Assembly (NCBI GenBank): GCA_052386775.1
Contig: JBQTJV010000002.1
Coordinates: forward strand, 1-49,154
Origin: Betaproteobacteria bacterium
Lineage (GTDB): Bacteria > Pseudomonadota > Gammaproteobacteria > Burkholderiales > SG8-41
Direction of reading: 5' to 3'
Length of the DNA: 49,154 nucleotides
A program made the translations under genes and the position numbers. Under the pieces are notes generated by a model. The model worked only from the letters and a program-made list of their open reading frames with translations, did not search any database and was not told the origin of the DNA. Of the stretch, positions 1 through 9,637 are shown one piece after another; within the stretch, counting starts at the first letter, position 1; each line of letters opens with the position of its first letter.

Positions 1-34
1 ACGAGTTTTGGCCCATGACTTTGTCGCCCGCCTT

Positions 35-55
35 GTGAATATTCGCGATATTCAC
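35..55. promoter_or_regulatory. Perfect inverted repeat GTGAATAT-N5-ATATTCAC, possible operator upstream of the aldehyde dehydrogenase
   Basis: 8-5-8 AT-rich palindrome in non-coding DNA about 90 nt upstream of the ATG at 148. Confidence 0.35.
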
Positions 56-147
56 TGCGGCGAGCTTCGCGTCCTGAGCCAAAATCGTGACAGCGCACCA
101 CGCGGGTCATTATGTTAGGCACTCTTAATCACGCGAATTCGAACGCC

Positions 148-1581
148 ATGTATCCCAATACGCAGCTTTACATCAACGGAGCCTGGACCGCGGGCGCGAC
201 CGGCCGGACCTTGCCGGTCGTCAATCCGGCGACCGGTGCGGAAATCGGCACCGTGGCCTATGCCGAGCGGGCAGATCTCGACCAGGCCCTTGACGCGGCG
301 GAACGGGGTTTCAGAGCCTGGCGCAAGGTTTCGACCTTCGAGCGGGCGAAAGTCATGCGCAAGGCGGCGGCGCTGTTTCGCGAGCGCGTGGATGCGGTTG
401 CGCCCATGCTCACCATGGAGCAGGGCAAGCCGCTGTTCGAGGCGAAACAGGAAGTGCTCGCCGGCGCGGACATCATCGACTGGTTTGCGGAAGAGGCGCG
501 GCGCGCCTACGGACGGGTGATTCCGGCGCGCGCGGAAGGCGTCTACCAGCTCGTGATCAAGGAACCGGTCGGCCCGGTCGCCGCTTTCACGCCGTGGAAT
601 TTTCCGATCAACCAGGTGGTGCGCAAGCTTTCCGCCGCGCTGGCGGCGGGCTGCTCGATCATCGTGAAAGCGCCGGAAGAAACGCCGGCCTCGCCCGCTG
701 AACTGATCCGCGCTTTTGCCGACGCCGGTGTCCCGGCGGGCGTGATCAACCTGGTTTACGGCAGCCCGGCGGAAATCTCGAGCTATCTGATCCCGCATCC
801 CGTCATCCGCAAGATGTCGTTCACCGGTTCGGTGCCGATCGGGAAACAGCTTGCCGCCCTGGCCGGCCAGCACATGAAGCGGACCACGATGGAACTCGGC
901 GGCCACGCACCGGTGATCGTGTTCGACGACGCGGACGTCGATGCGGCCGCGAAAACCATGACCTTCATGAAGTACCGCAATGCCGGCCAGGTGTGCGTTT
1001 CGCCGACGCGGTTTCTGGTGCAGGAAGCGGCCTATCCGCGCTTCGTCGAGAAATTCGTCGAGGGGGCGAAGGCGATCAAGGTCGGTGACGGCTTCGACCA
1101 GGACACCAAGATGGCGACGCTCGCCAACCCGCGCCGGCAGCGCGCGATGCAGGCGCACGTCGAGGATGCGAGAAAGCACGGCGGCAAGGTGCTGGCCGGC
1201 GGTTATCCGATCGGCGAGAAAGGAAACTTCTTCGAGCCCACGGTGATCACCGAGTTGCCGAAGGACGCGATGGCGATGAACCAGGAGCCGTTCGGCCCGC
1301 TGGCGATCATCAACCCGTTCAAAAGTTTCGACGACGCGGTCACCGAGGCGAACCGCCTGCCGTACGGACTGGCGGCCTATGCCTGGACCAAATCGGCCAA
1401 GACGGCAAACGCCATCGCGGCATCGGTCGAGACCGGCATGATGACGATCAACCATCTCGGTCTGGCACTGCCCGAGGTGCCGTTCGGCGGCGTCAAGGAT
1501 TCGGGCTACGGCTCGGAGGGCGGCAGCGAGGCGATCGAGGCCTATCTCAATCCGAAATTCGTGACGCAGGCAGGGTTGTAG
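148..1581 (+). CDS. NAD(P)-dependent aldehyde dehydrogenase, succinate-semialdehyde / alpha-ketoglutaric semialdehyde dehydrogenase type
   Basis: PWNFP, FTGS, MELGG (catalytic Glu), AGQVCVS (catalytic Cys), EPFGP and [11 protein letters not shown] motifs; start placed at [11 protein letters not shown]. Confidence 0.93.
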   Translation: MYPNTQLYINGAWTAGATGRTLPVVNPATGAEIGTVAYAERADLDQALDAAERGFRAWRKVSTFERAKVMRKAAALFRERVDAVAPMLTMEQGKPLFEAKQEVLAGADIIDWFAEEARRAYGRVIPARAEGVYQLVIKEPVGPVAAFTPWNFPINQVVRKLSAALAAGCSIIVKAPEETPASPAELIRAFADAGVPAGVINLVYGSPAEISSYLIPHPVIRKMSFTGSVPIGKQLAALAGQHMKRTTMELGGHAPVIVFDDADVDAAAKTMTFMKYRNAGQVCVSPTRFLVQEAAYPRFVEKFVEGAKAIKVGDGFDQDTKMATLANPRRQRAMQAHVEDARKHGGKVLAGGYPIGEKGNFFEPTVITELPKDAMAMNQEPFGPLAIINPFKSFDDAVTEANRLPYGLAAYAWTKSAKTANAIAASVETGMMTINHLGLALPEVPFGGVKDSGYGSEGGSEAIEAYLNPKFVTQAGL

Positions 1582-1619
1582 TCGACAGTACGAACTCTGC
1601 AATAAGCCTGGGGAAAGTA

Positions 1620-2813
1620 ATGAAACGTGCAGTGTGGGCAGTGATTCTTGTCGTTGTGGTGTCGGGACTCGCCCGGCTGGGTCACGCCCAGCCCGCTTCC
1701 AGGAGCCCGCCCTCGACGGCGCAGAGCGCTCCCGCGATTCAGACCGTGCCCGGCATGCCGCCGGTGGTCGATCCTTCCAATCTCTACAGCGAAACGGCGG
1801 CGGGCAAGGTGCGACCGGATGTGGCCAAAGCGCTGCCGCGCGTCTACGTGCCGAACCGCCGTTCGAACGACGTCACGGTGATCGATGCCGAGACGATGAA
1901 GGTGGTGGATCGTTTCAAGGTCGGCGTGCACCCGCAGCACGTGGTGCCGTCATGGGATCTGAAGACCTTGTGGGTGACGAACAACGCCGAAAAGCGCTTC
2001 GACGGTACCCTGACGCCGATCGATCCGATGACCGGCAAGCCGGGGCAGCCGATCGACGTGGACAATCCCTACAACATGTATTTCACGCCGGACGGACGCT
2101 CGGCGGTGGTCGTGGCCGAAGCGCGCAAACGCCTCGACTTCCGTGATCCGCAAACGATGGCGTTGCAGAGCTCGCTGTCGGTACCCGGCTGTGCCGGCAT
2201 CAATCACGGCGACTTCTCGATCGACGGCCGCTACGCCATCTTCACCTGCGAGTTTGAGAAGGGCACGCTCGCCAAAATCGATTTCGTCGAGCGTAAAGTC
2301 CTCGGCTATCTGAAGCTCTCCAAGCCGGGCATGCCCCAGGACATCCGCATCTCCCCCGACGGTAAAGTGTTTTTCGTGGCCGACATGCATTCGGGCGGCG
2401 TGTTCGTGATCGACGGCGACAGGTTCGTCGAGCTGGAATTCATCGCGACCGGCGTCGGCGCGCATGGGCTCTACCCGAGCCGCGACGCCAAGCACCTCTA
2501 CGTCATCAATCGCGGATCGCACATGGTCTATGCGAAGCCCGGCGGCAAGGGCAGCATCACGGTCATGGACTTCGCCACGCGCAAGATCGTCACCACCTGG
2601 CCGATTCCGGGCGGCGGCAGTCCCGACATGGGCAATCTGAGCGCGGACGGCAAGACGCTGTGGCTGTCGGGTCGCTTCGACGACGTGGTTTACGCCATCG
2701 ATACGGCAAGCGGCGCCGTGCGCAAGATCAAGGCCGGTACCGAACCGCACGGTCTGACGGTCTGGCCCCAGCCCGGCCGCTACTCCCTGGGCCACACCGG
2801 CAACCTGCGCTGA
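1620..2813 (+). CDS. Secreted YncE/YVTN-type beta-propeller protein
   Basis: N-terminal signal peptide; YVPNRRSNDVTVID, VGVHPQHV, SPDGKVFFVAD and LYVIN repeats. Confidence 0.85.
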   Translation: MKRAVWAVILVVVVSGLARLGHAQPASRSPPSTAQSAPAIQTVPGMPPVVDPSNLYSETAAGKVRPDVAKALPRVYVPNRRSNDVTVIDAETMKVVDRFKVGVHPQHVVPSWDLKTLWVTNNAEKRFDGTLTPIDPMTGKPGQPIDVDNPYNMYFTPDGRSAVVVAEARKRLDFRDPQTMALQSSLSVPGCAGINHGDFSIDGRYAIFTCEFEKGTLAKIDFVERKVLGYLKLSKPGMPQDIRISPDGKVFFVADMHSGGVFVIDGDRFVELEFIATGVGAHGLYPSRDAKHLYVINRGSHMVYAKPGGKGSITVMDFATRKIVTTWPIPGGGSPDMGNLSADGKTLWLSGRFDDVVYAIDTASGAVRKIKAGTEPHGLTVWPQPGRYSLGHTGNLR

Positions 2814-2832
2814 TGGCCGCCGCCCGGATGTC

Positions 2833-3744
2833 ATGATCCTTGCGGCGAGGCGCATCGGCATGGTGGCGCCCTCGGGATTCCTGCCGGACACCGCCGTGCT
2901 CGATCGCGCTGCCGCCTTCTTTGCCGCGCGCGGCTGGGAAGTCCAGGCCGGCGAAAGCTGCTTCGCGAGCGAGCAGCGGTTCGCCGGTCCCGACGAACTG
3001 CGTCACGCCGATCTTTTCCGTTTCGCCACGGACCCTTCGATCGACATCGTTCTCGCGGCACGCGGCGGTTATGGCTTTACCCGCTTCATGGAGCGGGTGG
3101 ATTTCGCGAAGATCAAGGCGCGGGCGTCGATCATCGTCGGCTATAGCGATTTCACCGCGTTTCACCTCGCGTACCTGGCGCGCGGTGGGGTGAGTTTTGC
3201 CGGCCCCTCGGCCGCCGATTTCGGCGCCCGGACACCGGCTCCGTTTACGATCGAGCACTTCTTCGGCGTGCTGGAAAACCGGGATTACGCCGTCGACTTC
3301 GAATCGGAAGGGCCGACGTGCGCGGTGAGCGGACGGTTGTGGGGCGGCAACCTTGCGCTGGTCTGTGCGCTGATCGGCACGCGTTTCATGCCGAAGGTGA
3401 CAGGCGGAATACTGTTCCTGGAAGACGTGAACGAGCCGGCATACAAGATCGAGCGCATGATGCTGCAACTCGATCAGGCCGGCATACTCGCGCGTCAGCG
3501 CGCAATCCTGCTGGGCGCCTTCGATCCGCTTACGCCGATGCCGAACGACAACGGCTATAGCCTGCCCGCTGCCCTCGAATTTTTGCGCAAGCGTAGCAAG
3601 ACGCCCATCCTCACCGGGCTTCCTTTCGGGCACGTCACGCGAAAGCTCACGCTCCCCGTCGGTGGGCGCGCAAAGCTCACCGTGCGCCGCGGCCGGGCGC
3701 AACTTGCGCTGAGCGGTTACCCGGTGCTCGCGAAGCGCGCGTAA
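2833..3744 (+). CDS. ldcA: Muramoyltetrapeptide L,D-carboxypeptidase (peptidase S66)
   Basis: RGGYG, GYSDFT (Ser), GGNL, FLEDVNE (Glu) and PFGH (His) triad motifs. Confidence 0.88.
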   Translation: MILAARRIGMVAPSGFLPDTAVLDRAAAFFAARGWEVQAGESCFASEQRFAGPDELRHADLFRFATDPSIDIVLAARGGYGFTRFMERVDFAKIKARASIIVGYSDFTAFHLAYLARGGVSFAGPSAADFGARTPAPFTIEHFFGVLENRDYAVDFESEGPTCAVSGRLWGGNLALVCALIGTRFMPKVTGGILFLEDVNEPAYKIERMMLQLDQAGILARQRAILLGAFDPLTPMPNDNGYSLPAALEFLRKRSKTPILTGLPFGHVTRKLTLPVGGRAKLTVRRGRAQLALSGYPVLAKRA

Positions 3745-3755
3745 CGCCCGCGCTG

Positions 3756-4013
3756 CTAACCGCCGCTCAGCGCCTGCACGATCACCACCTCGTCGGTTTC
3801 CCGCAGCGGCTGGGACAGGTCGTGGATCTGCGCGTTGTTCACGAATACGCGGATGTGCCGCCGGATGCGCTCCTGCTCATCGACCATGCGAAACCGTATT
3901 CCCGGATGGCGGCGGTCGAGGTCCGCGAGCAGCGCGCCGAGCGTTGCGCCGCTCGCCTGCGCTTCCGCGGCGTCGGTGTAGGAGCGCAAGGCGCTGGGTA
4001 TGTGAACTTTCAT
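3756..4013 (-). CDS. MoaD/ThiS-family ubiquitin-like protein (85 aa)
   Basis: MKVHIPSALRSYT...VFVN...DEVVIVQALSGG with C-terminal GG; start at ATG 4013 rather than the ORF-track start. Confidence 0.88.
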   Translation of the reverse strand: MKVHIPSALRSYTDAAEAQASGATLGALLADLDRRHPGIRFRMVDEQERIRRHIRVFVNNAQIHDLSQPLRETDEVVIVQALSGG

Positions 4014-4020
4014 CCCCGCA

Positions 4021-4069
4021 GTCCGTTGATATTTCGACTTCGCTACGCTGCGCTCAATACGGAACGGAC
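4021..4069. repeat. REP-like intergenic palindrome
   Basis: GTCCGTT(4021-4027)...AACGGAC(4063-4069) outer stem; the minus strand reads CCGTT..TATTGAGCGCAGCGTAGCGAAGTCGAAATA, a TGAGC...GTCGAA hairpin core. Confidence 0.45.
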
Positions 4070-5197
4070 CTACTTGAGGACTGCAGTCTCCACCGCATAG
4101 ATCTCCGGCAGATGGCGCGCCATGCAGGCCCACCCCTTGCCCTCGTCACGGCTGATCCAGAGCTCTCCGCTGGTGGTTCCGAAGTAGAGGCCCACCGGAT
4201 CGAGCACATCGGCCGTCATCGCCTGCCGCTTTACCGTCCACCACGCCTCGCTCTCCGGCATGCCGGAATCCATGCGCTGCCAGCTTTTTCCCGCATCGCG
4301 CGTGCCGTAGACGGCGGGCTTTCCGCCCGGGCTGGTGCGCGGCCACACGCTCGTGCCGTCCATCGGCAATACCCAGGCCGTGTCGGCGTTGCGCGGATGC
4401 ACCACCATCGGGAAACCGATGTCGCCCACGTCCGCAGGCATGCTTTTCACGATGCGGACCCATACGTCCGACGGGCGGTCGATCCGATAGATGCCGCAGT
4501 GATTCTGCTGGTACAGGCGATCGGGATTGGTGGGACACATGCGGATGCAGTGCGGATCGTGAAACGTCGGTTGCGTGCCGTCGAAGCCTTCCACCACGTC
4601 CAGGCCTTTCAGCAGCGGCTTGAAGGTGCGCCCGCCGTCGACAGACTCGTGCACGCCGCCGCCCGACATCGCGAAATTCAGCTGCCTGGGATCGCGCGGG
4701 TCGATGATGATGGAGTGGAGCTTCGGTCCATCCGGCGTGCCGTCCTGGACTGTCCCCATCCATTCCCGGTACTGCGGATCGTCGTTGAGGGTGGAGAACG
4801 GCTTCCATGAAACGCCGCCGTCCTCGGAGCGGAACAGGCCTTGCGGGGAGGTGCCCGCGTACCACACATCGCGCTCGGACGCCGGGCCCGGTGCGAGCCA
4901 GAACGTGTGATCGACCGAGCGGCCCTTGCCGTCCGCGGCTTTGGCGAACGCGGGCGGCTGCGCGGCTTCTTTCCAGTTCTTGCCCAGATCGGTGGAACGG
5001 AAAATGGTGGGTCCGAGATGCCCGGTCTTGGCAGCGGCGAGCACAGTGCGTGCGTCGCGCGGATCGAGCACCATGTGGCTGATCACATGGCCGAGGAAAT
5101 GCGGCCCGTCCGCACGCCAGGATCTGCGCGTCGCATCGCCGTGATAGAGCCACGCGCCTTTGCGGGTTGCAACCAGTAGTATCAATTGTGCTGTCAT
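4070..5197 (-). CDS. BNR/Asp-box beta-propeller protein (sialidase-like/WD40-YVTN-BNR family), cytoplasmic
   Basis: Five Asp-boxes (RSTDLGKNW, RSEDGGVSW, ESVDGGRTF, GTRDAGKSW, ISRDEGKGW); ATRKG N-terminus; QQNHCGIYR; no signal peptide. Confidence 0.85.
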   Translation of the reverse strand: MTAQLILLVATRKGAWLYHGDATRRSWRADGPHFLGHVISHMVLDPRDARTVLAAAKTGHLGPTIFRSTDLGKNWKEAAQPPAFAKAADGKGRSVDHTFWLAPGPASERDVWYAGTSPQGLFRSEDGGVSWKPFSTLNDDPQYREWMGTVQDGTPDGPKLHSIIIDPRDPRQLNFAMSGGGVHESVDGGRTFKPLLKGLDVVEGFDGTQPTFHDPHCIRMCPTNPDRLYQQNHCGIYRIDRPSDVWVRIVKSMPADVGDIGFPMVVHPRNADTAWVLPMDGTSVWPRTSPGGKPAVYGTRDAGKSWQRMDSGMPESEAWWTVKRQAMTADVLDPVGLYFGTTSGELWISRDEGKGWACMARHLPEIYAVETAVLK

Positions 5198-5206
5198 GAT
5201 TTCCCT

Positions 5207-5575
5207 TCAATGGCCGGTTTTTTGCAATTGCGCCTGCGCGACGGCTTCGCGGATCGGGCGTATCGGGCGGACCTCGATACTGCCCATGCGTGCCGGCGGA
5301 ATTCTCGACGCGATCTGTATCGCCTCGTCCAGATCCTTCGCTTCGATCATGTAAAACCCGGCGAGCTGCTCCTTGGTTTCGGCAAACGGCCCGTCTGTGA
5401 CGGACAGGCGGCCGTTGCGCATCCGCACGGTGGTCGCGGTATGTACCGACTGCAGCGCCTCCGATGCGAGGCAATGGCCGCTGTTGCGGATTTCCGTGTC
5501 GTACGCCACGCAATCCTCGTCCGGCAGTTCGCTGAGCCGATTTTCATCCAGATAGACCAGACACAGGTACTTCAT
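5207..5575 (-). CDS. YciI-family DGPF protein
   Basis: MKYLCLVY...VTDGPFAETKEQLAGFYMIEA...IEVRPI; RBS GAGGAG. Confidence 0.93.
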   Translation of the reverse strand: MKYLCLVYLDENRLSELPDEDCVAYDTEIRNSGHCLASEALQSVHTATTVRMRNGRLSVTDGPFAETKEQLAGFYMIEAKDLDEAIQIASRIPPARMGSIEVRPIRPIREAVAQAQLQKTGH

Positions 5576-5601
5576 CGTTGCTCCTCAAGCTGTCGTGCTT
5601 T

Positions 5602-5633
5602 CCCTGGTCGATCGGTACCGCCCCGGATCGACA
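5602..5633 (-). promoter_or_regulatory. Putative ECF42-type sigma factor promoter TGTCGA-N17-CGAC(CAGGG)
   Basis: Minus strand tgtcga-tccggggcggtaccgat-cgaccaggg; the same architecture lies upstream of the second DGPF gene. Confidence 0.7.
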
Positions 5634-5646
5634 CACCGGTGCAGAA

Positions 5647-6378
5647 TTATTTCTGGGTCAGCGCGGCTTCCATCGCCTGCCCGAGATCGAGCAGCGCCTT
5701 TGCACCGTCACCGGCGAAGGCGGAGCCGTGCATCGTTGCACAGAGCCCGGGGCGCAGCGCGGCCAGCTCCCGAAGCTGCCCAGCCGTCCGGGTGGTCCAC
5801 GGCATGTAATCCATGAACGGCGGCGTTGCCTGGTAGGCCTTCAGCGCATCGTTGAAACGGCCCACGATGTCCGATCGGGTGATCGGCTCGACATCGCCGT
5901 TGTGGCCAAAGAGATCGGAACAGAGCAGCGTTCTGCCGGTCTCCTCGAACAGCACTCCTGCGTCCCAGCCATGCGGCAGATGTGGCGTAGGGTAGAGCCT
6001 GAAGCGGTACTTGCCCGTTTCGATCATGTCATTGCGGCCGACGCCGCGTGCGGGACGAAGTGCGGCGTCGTTGGCGAAGACGATGGCGCCGATCTCGCTG
6101 CAGAAACCCTGCGCCTGCGGTGCGGCAGCCAGCCATTCGTTCAATGAACCGCACTCGTCCGGCTCATAGTGGCTGAATCCGACCCAGCGTAGCGCGGCCG
6201 GGTCGAGTACCTTGGCAACGGCATCCCGGACGGAAGGGTACAGCGACCGCATGCCGGTTTCCCACAGCAGCGGCTGTTCGTCTTTCACCAGAAACTGATT
6301 GAACTGCAGGTTGAAGTCCGGGATATAAGTTGAAATGCGGTAAAGATCCGGCGCGATCTCGTCGATTCTGGTCTGCAT
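5647..6378 (-). CDS. Metallo-beta-lactamase-fold protein, FprA/flavodiiron N-terminal (di-iron) domain-like, no flavodoxin domain
   Basis: [33 protein letters not shown] and MHG motifs; start at MQTRIDEIA. Confidence 0.8.
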   Translation of the reverse strand: MQTRIDEIAPDLYRISTYIPDFNLQFNQFLVKDEQPLLWETGMRSLYPSVRDAVAKVLDPAALRWVGFSHYEPDECGSLNEWLAAAPQAQGFCSEIGAIVFANDAALRPARGVGRNDMIETGKYRFRLYPTPHLPHGWDAGVLFEETGRTLLCSDLFGHNGDVEPITRSDIVGRFNDALKAYQATPPFMDYMPWTTRTAGQLRELAALRPGLCATMHGSAFAGDGAKALLDLGQAMEAALTQK

Positions 6379-6491
6379 GGGAGCGGTCGTCCTGTTGACA
6401 CGTGAAGAGGGCATCAAGTCTAATCGGGCTCCACGTGTCGAACAAGAAGACGCCCCGTGCAGGCGCGAGCGCGCAGCCGTGAGGAAGCCTG

Positions 6492-7466
6492 ATGAAGCGT
6501 TTGTCCGTTGCCGTTTTCGCCCTGATGTTGTGCGGCTTCGGTGCGGCGCTGGCGCAGAGCGGCGACGCCGCGCGCTATCCGACGCGGCCGGTGCGCATCA
6601 TCGTTCCCTTCGGCGCCGGTGGTCCTTCGGATCTGCTCGCGCGCACCGTCGCGCAGAAAATGTCGGAGAGCCTGGGGCAGCAGGTGATCACGGAGAATCG
6701 CGGCGGGGCGAACGGCGTCGTCGGCGTTGAAGCCGTCGCCCGCAGTGCGCCGGACGGCTATACGCTGGTCATGGGCACCACCGGCACGCACGGCATCAAC
6801 GCGAGTCTCGTTCCCCGGCTGCCCTACGACACGATCAAGGACTTTGCGCCGATTGCCCGCTTTGGCATCTCTAACTACGTCCTGGTCGCCCATCCTTCGC
6901 TGCCGGTTCGCACGGTACAGGAGCTGCTCAAGCTCGCGAAGGCACGGCCGGGCCAGCTCACGTGGGCTGCAGGGGGCGGCGTAACGCAACTGGCCGCGGA
7001 ACTCTTCAAGCACAGCGCCGGCATCGAGGTCATCATCGTGCCGTACAAGGGCAACGCACCGGCGGTGACGGCGACGATGAGCGGGGAAGTCTCGCTCATC
7101 TTCGGCGGCATCGCGCAGTCCGCGAAACTGGTCGAGGCGGGTCGATTGCGCGCCATCGCCGTGAGTGGCGCGCGGCGGTCTCCCGCATTACCGAATGTTC
7201 CGACTGTCGCTGAATCCGGATTGCCCGGGTTCGAAGCGGGCTCCTGGTACGGGCTGCTGGCGCCCGCGGCGACGCCCCGGCCCATCGTGGAGCGGCTCAA
7301 TCAGGAGGTGCTGCGCGTGCTCAAGCTGCCGGACGTGCGCGAACGGCTCCTCGCCGAGGCGTTCGAGATTCCGCTCGACAGCCCCGAAGCGTTTGCAGCG
7401 CACATCCGCGCCGACGTGCCCAAATGGGCGAAGGTGATCAAAGAAGCGGGAATCAAGGCGAACTGA
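6492..7466 (+). CDS. Bug/TctC tripartite tricarboxylate transporter substrate-binding protein
   Basis: Signal peptide; [35 protein letters not shown] and C-terminal [11 protein letters not shown]. Confidence 0.95.
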   Translation: MKRLSVAVFALMLCGFGAALAQSGDAARYPTRPVRIIVPFGAGGPSDLLARTVAQKMSESLGQQVITENRGGANGVVGVEAVARSAPDGYTLVMGTTGTHGINASLVPRLPYDTIKDFAPIARFGISNYVLVAHPSLPVRTVQELLKLAKARPGQLTWAAGGGVTQLAAELFKHSAGIEVIIVPYKGNAPAVTATMSGEVSLIFGGIAQSAKLVEAGRLRAIAVSGARRSPALPNVPTVAESGLPGFEAGSWYGLLAPAATPRPIVERLNQEVLRVLKLPDVRERLLAEAFEIPLDSPEAFAAHIRADVPKWAKVIKEAGIKAN

Positions 7467-8560
7467 TGGCGCACAGGCAGATCGGGGTTGCCATCGTCGG
7501 CGCGGGGCGCATCGGGACGCTGCGCGCGCATATCGCCGCCACGCACCCCGGGGTACGCTTCATTGCTGTCTCGGACGCGGACCTGCAGCAGGCGAGGACG
7601 CTCGCCCAGAAGGCGAACGCTCATCTCGTTTGCCAGGAAAACATGGAGGCGATATCGCATCCCGACGTGGATGCCGTGATCGTGTCCACCAGCGAGCACG
7701 AACACACCGCGCCAGTCCTGCAGGCGCTGGAGCGCGGCAAGGCCGTCCTCGTCGAAAAGCCGATTGCGCTCGAACTCGAGGATGCGAGCCGGATTCTCGC
7801 CGCGCTCGAAACCACCGGCGGGAATCTCCGCGTCGGATACAGCCGCCGCTTCAAGCGGCGTTATCTCACAGCGAGGGAACAGTTGAAGCGCGGCCGGCTC
7901 GGAAAAGTCGTCGGCGTGTCGGCGCGGCTGTACAACACGCGCGCCCAGGTCTGCCAGATGCTCGATCGCAACCCCGGGGCGACGCCGGTGGTCGATTCGC
8001 TCACCTACTACGTCGACCTGCTCGGCTGGTTTCTTCCGGACAATCCCGTGGTGGAGGTGTCGGCCTGGGGACAGGCCGGTGCGATACGGGCGCGCGGCTA
8101 CAACTGCGACGACGTGACCTGGGCCATCCTGCGGCTCGCCGACGGCGCGCTGGTCAATCTCGGCGTGAGCTTCGCGTTGTCGGACAAGTACCCGTCGCTC
8201 GGTTACAGCGGCCGCTTCGAGATACTGGGTACCGAAGGTTCGCTCATCATCGACGACGATCATCTCGATCAACTGCTGTACACCGAACGGGGCATCCCGC
8301 ACATCTACATCCCGGACCATACGGTGAACATGGCGTTTCTCGGCAGCTCGGCGCCGGGCGACTGGGCGGAAGGCGACTTCTGGGGACCGCTCGCCAGCGA
8401 AACGCGGGCGTGGCTCGATCACCTCACCACTGGCCGGCCGTGTGCGCTGACCACCGCCGAGGAGGCGCGCAACAATCTCGCGGTGACCCTCGCCATCGAG
8501 CACGCGGTCGCCAGCGGGAGGCCGGTCGCGCTCGGCGCGCGTGTCCCATCCGCGCCCTGA
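7466..8560 (+). CDS. Gfo/Idh/MocA-family oxidoreductase
   Basis: GAGRIG Rossmann motif, VEKP, GYSRRF; TGATG coupling with the upstream Bug gene. Confidence 0.9.
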   Translation: MAHRQIGVAIVGAGRIGTLRAHIAATHPGVRFIAVSDADLQQARTLAQKANAHLVCQENMEAISHPDVDAVIVSTSEHEHTAPVLQALERGKAVLVEKPIALELEDASRILAALETTGGNLRVGYSRRFKRRYLTAREQLKRGRLGKVVGVSARLYNTRAQVCQMLDRNPGATPVVDSLTYYVDLLGWFLPDNPVVEVSAWGQAGAIRARGYNCDDVTWAILRLADGALVNLGVSFALSDKYPSLGYSGRFEILGTEGSLIIDDDHLDQLLYTERGIPHIYIPDHTVNMAFLGSSAPGDWAEGDFWGPLASETRAWLDHLTTGRPCALTTAEEARNNLAVTLAIEHAVASGRPVALGARVPSAP

Positions 8561-8631
8561 TGGCCGGCAAGGAAGGCACGCGGCGCGCACGGTAACGATG
8601 CGCCAGCGAATCACCACAAGGGAGGAAAGTC

Positions 8632-9624
8632 ATGGGCGTTGAGAAGAATCACCGGTACGGCGCGATTCCCGCCGTCGCCGCGCTGATGTACTTTGCGGCG
8701 CCAGGCGTGATTGCGCAGGACAACTATCCCACGCGCCCGGACCGTCTGATCGTGGCGTCATCGCCCGGCGGCGGGACGGAGGCCTCGGCGCGCATCGTCG
8801 CGACCAAGCTTTCCGAGGTCCTGGGCCAGCAGGTGGTGGTCGACAACCGGCCCGGTGCGGCGACGATGATCGGCGCCGAAGTCACCGCGCGCGCCGCGCC
8901 CGACGGCTACACGCTGCTGCTCACCAACAGCTCGATGACGATCGTGCCGTCGATGCGCAAGAATCCGCCCATGGAAATACTGCGCGGACTGGCGCCGATC
9001 AGCCTCGTGTCGACCAACCCGCAGATCCTCGTGGGGCATCCGTCATTGCCGGCGCAGGACACCCGGCAGCTCATCGCCTTCGCCAAGTCGCGTCCGGGGC
9101 AGTTGAACTATGCCGCCGGCTCGTACGGCGGCAACGTGCACCTGTGCATGGCGCTCTTTGTACAGATGGCGGGCGTGGACATCGTCTACGTGCCCTACAA
9201 GAGCGGCAACGCCGGACTGGTGGACGTGCTCGCGGGACAGGTGCCGCTCATCATGGCGAGCATACTGAGCGCGCTGCCGCACACGAAGAGCGGCAAGCTC
9301 CGGGCCTACGGCGTCACCACGGCCGAACGCTCGCCCGCGGTACCGAACGTGCCGACCATCGCCGAGGGCGGCGTTGCGGGTTACGACGCGAGCCAGTGGT
9401 TCGGCATGCTGGCGCCGCTTGCGACGCCGCGGGCCATCGTCAACAAGCTGCATGGCGATCTGCTGGCGACGCTTAAGGACCCGGAAGTGCAGAAACGGTT
9501 CGCTTTCGACGGTTCCCGAGCGATCTGGAGCGCTACGCCCGACGAGTTCGGAAAATTCATCCGCAGCGAAGAAACCAAATGGGCGAAAGTGATCAAGGAT
9601 GCGGGCATCAAGCCTGTCAACTGA
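8632..9624 (+). CDS. Bug/TctC substrate-binding protein
   Basis: YPTRP, DNRPGA, PDGYTL, PYK and KWAKVIKDAGI; RBS GGAGG. Confidence 0.93.
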   Translation: MGVEKNHRYGAIPAVAALMYFAAPGVIAQDNYPTRPDRLIVASSPGGGTEASARIVATKLSEVLGQQVVVDNRPGAATMIGAEVTARAAPDGYTLLLTNSSMTIVPSMRKNPPMEILRGLAPISLVSTNPQILVGHPSLPAQDTRQLIAFAKSRPGQLNYAAGSYGGNVHLCMALFVQMAGVDIVYVPYKSGNAGLVDVLAGQVPLIMASILSALPHTKSGKLRAYGVTTAERSPAVPNVPTIAEGGVAGYDASQWFGMLAPLATPRAIVNKLHGDLLATLKDPEVQKRFAFDGSRAIWSATPDEFGKFIRSEETKWAKVIKDAGIKPVN

Positions 9625-9637
9625 AGGAGCAAGCGCA

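Noticed and set aside
115-1602. Long antisense and alternative-frame ORFs (e.g. 115-1602, 4146-5513, 7301-8617, 27504-28700, 42708-44366, 45723-47057)
   Set aside because: Shadow ORFs of real genes, caused by high GC3. They are Arg/Ala/His-rich and lack family motifs.
6436-6462. Further TGTCGA hexamers (6436, 42415, 49127-49132) as additional ECF42 promoters
   Set aside because: None has CGAC/CGTC at a 16-17 nt spacing. The 42415 copy is instead part of a GTCGAA-N10-TTCGAC dyad of unknown significance.
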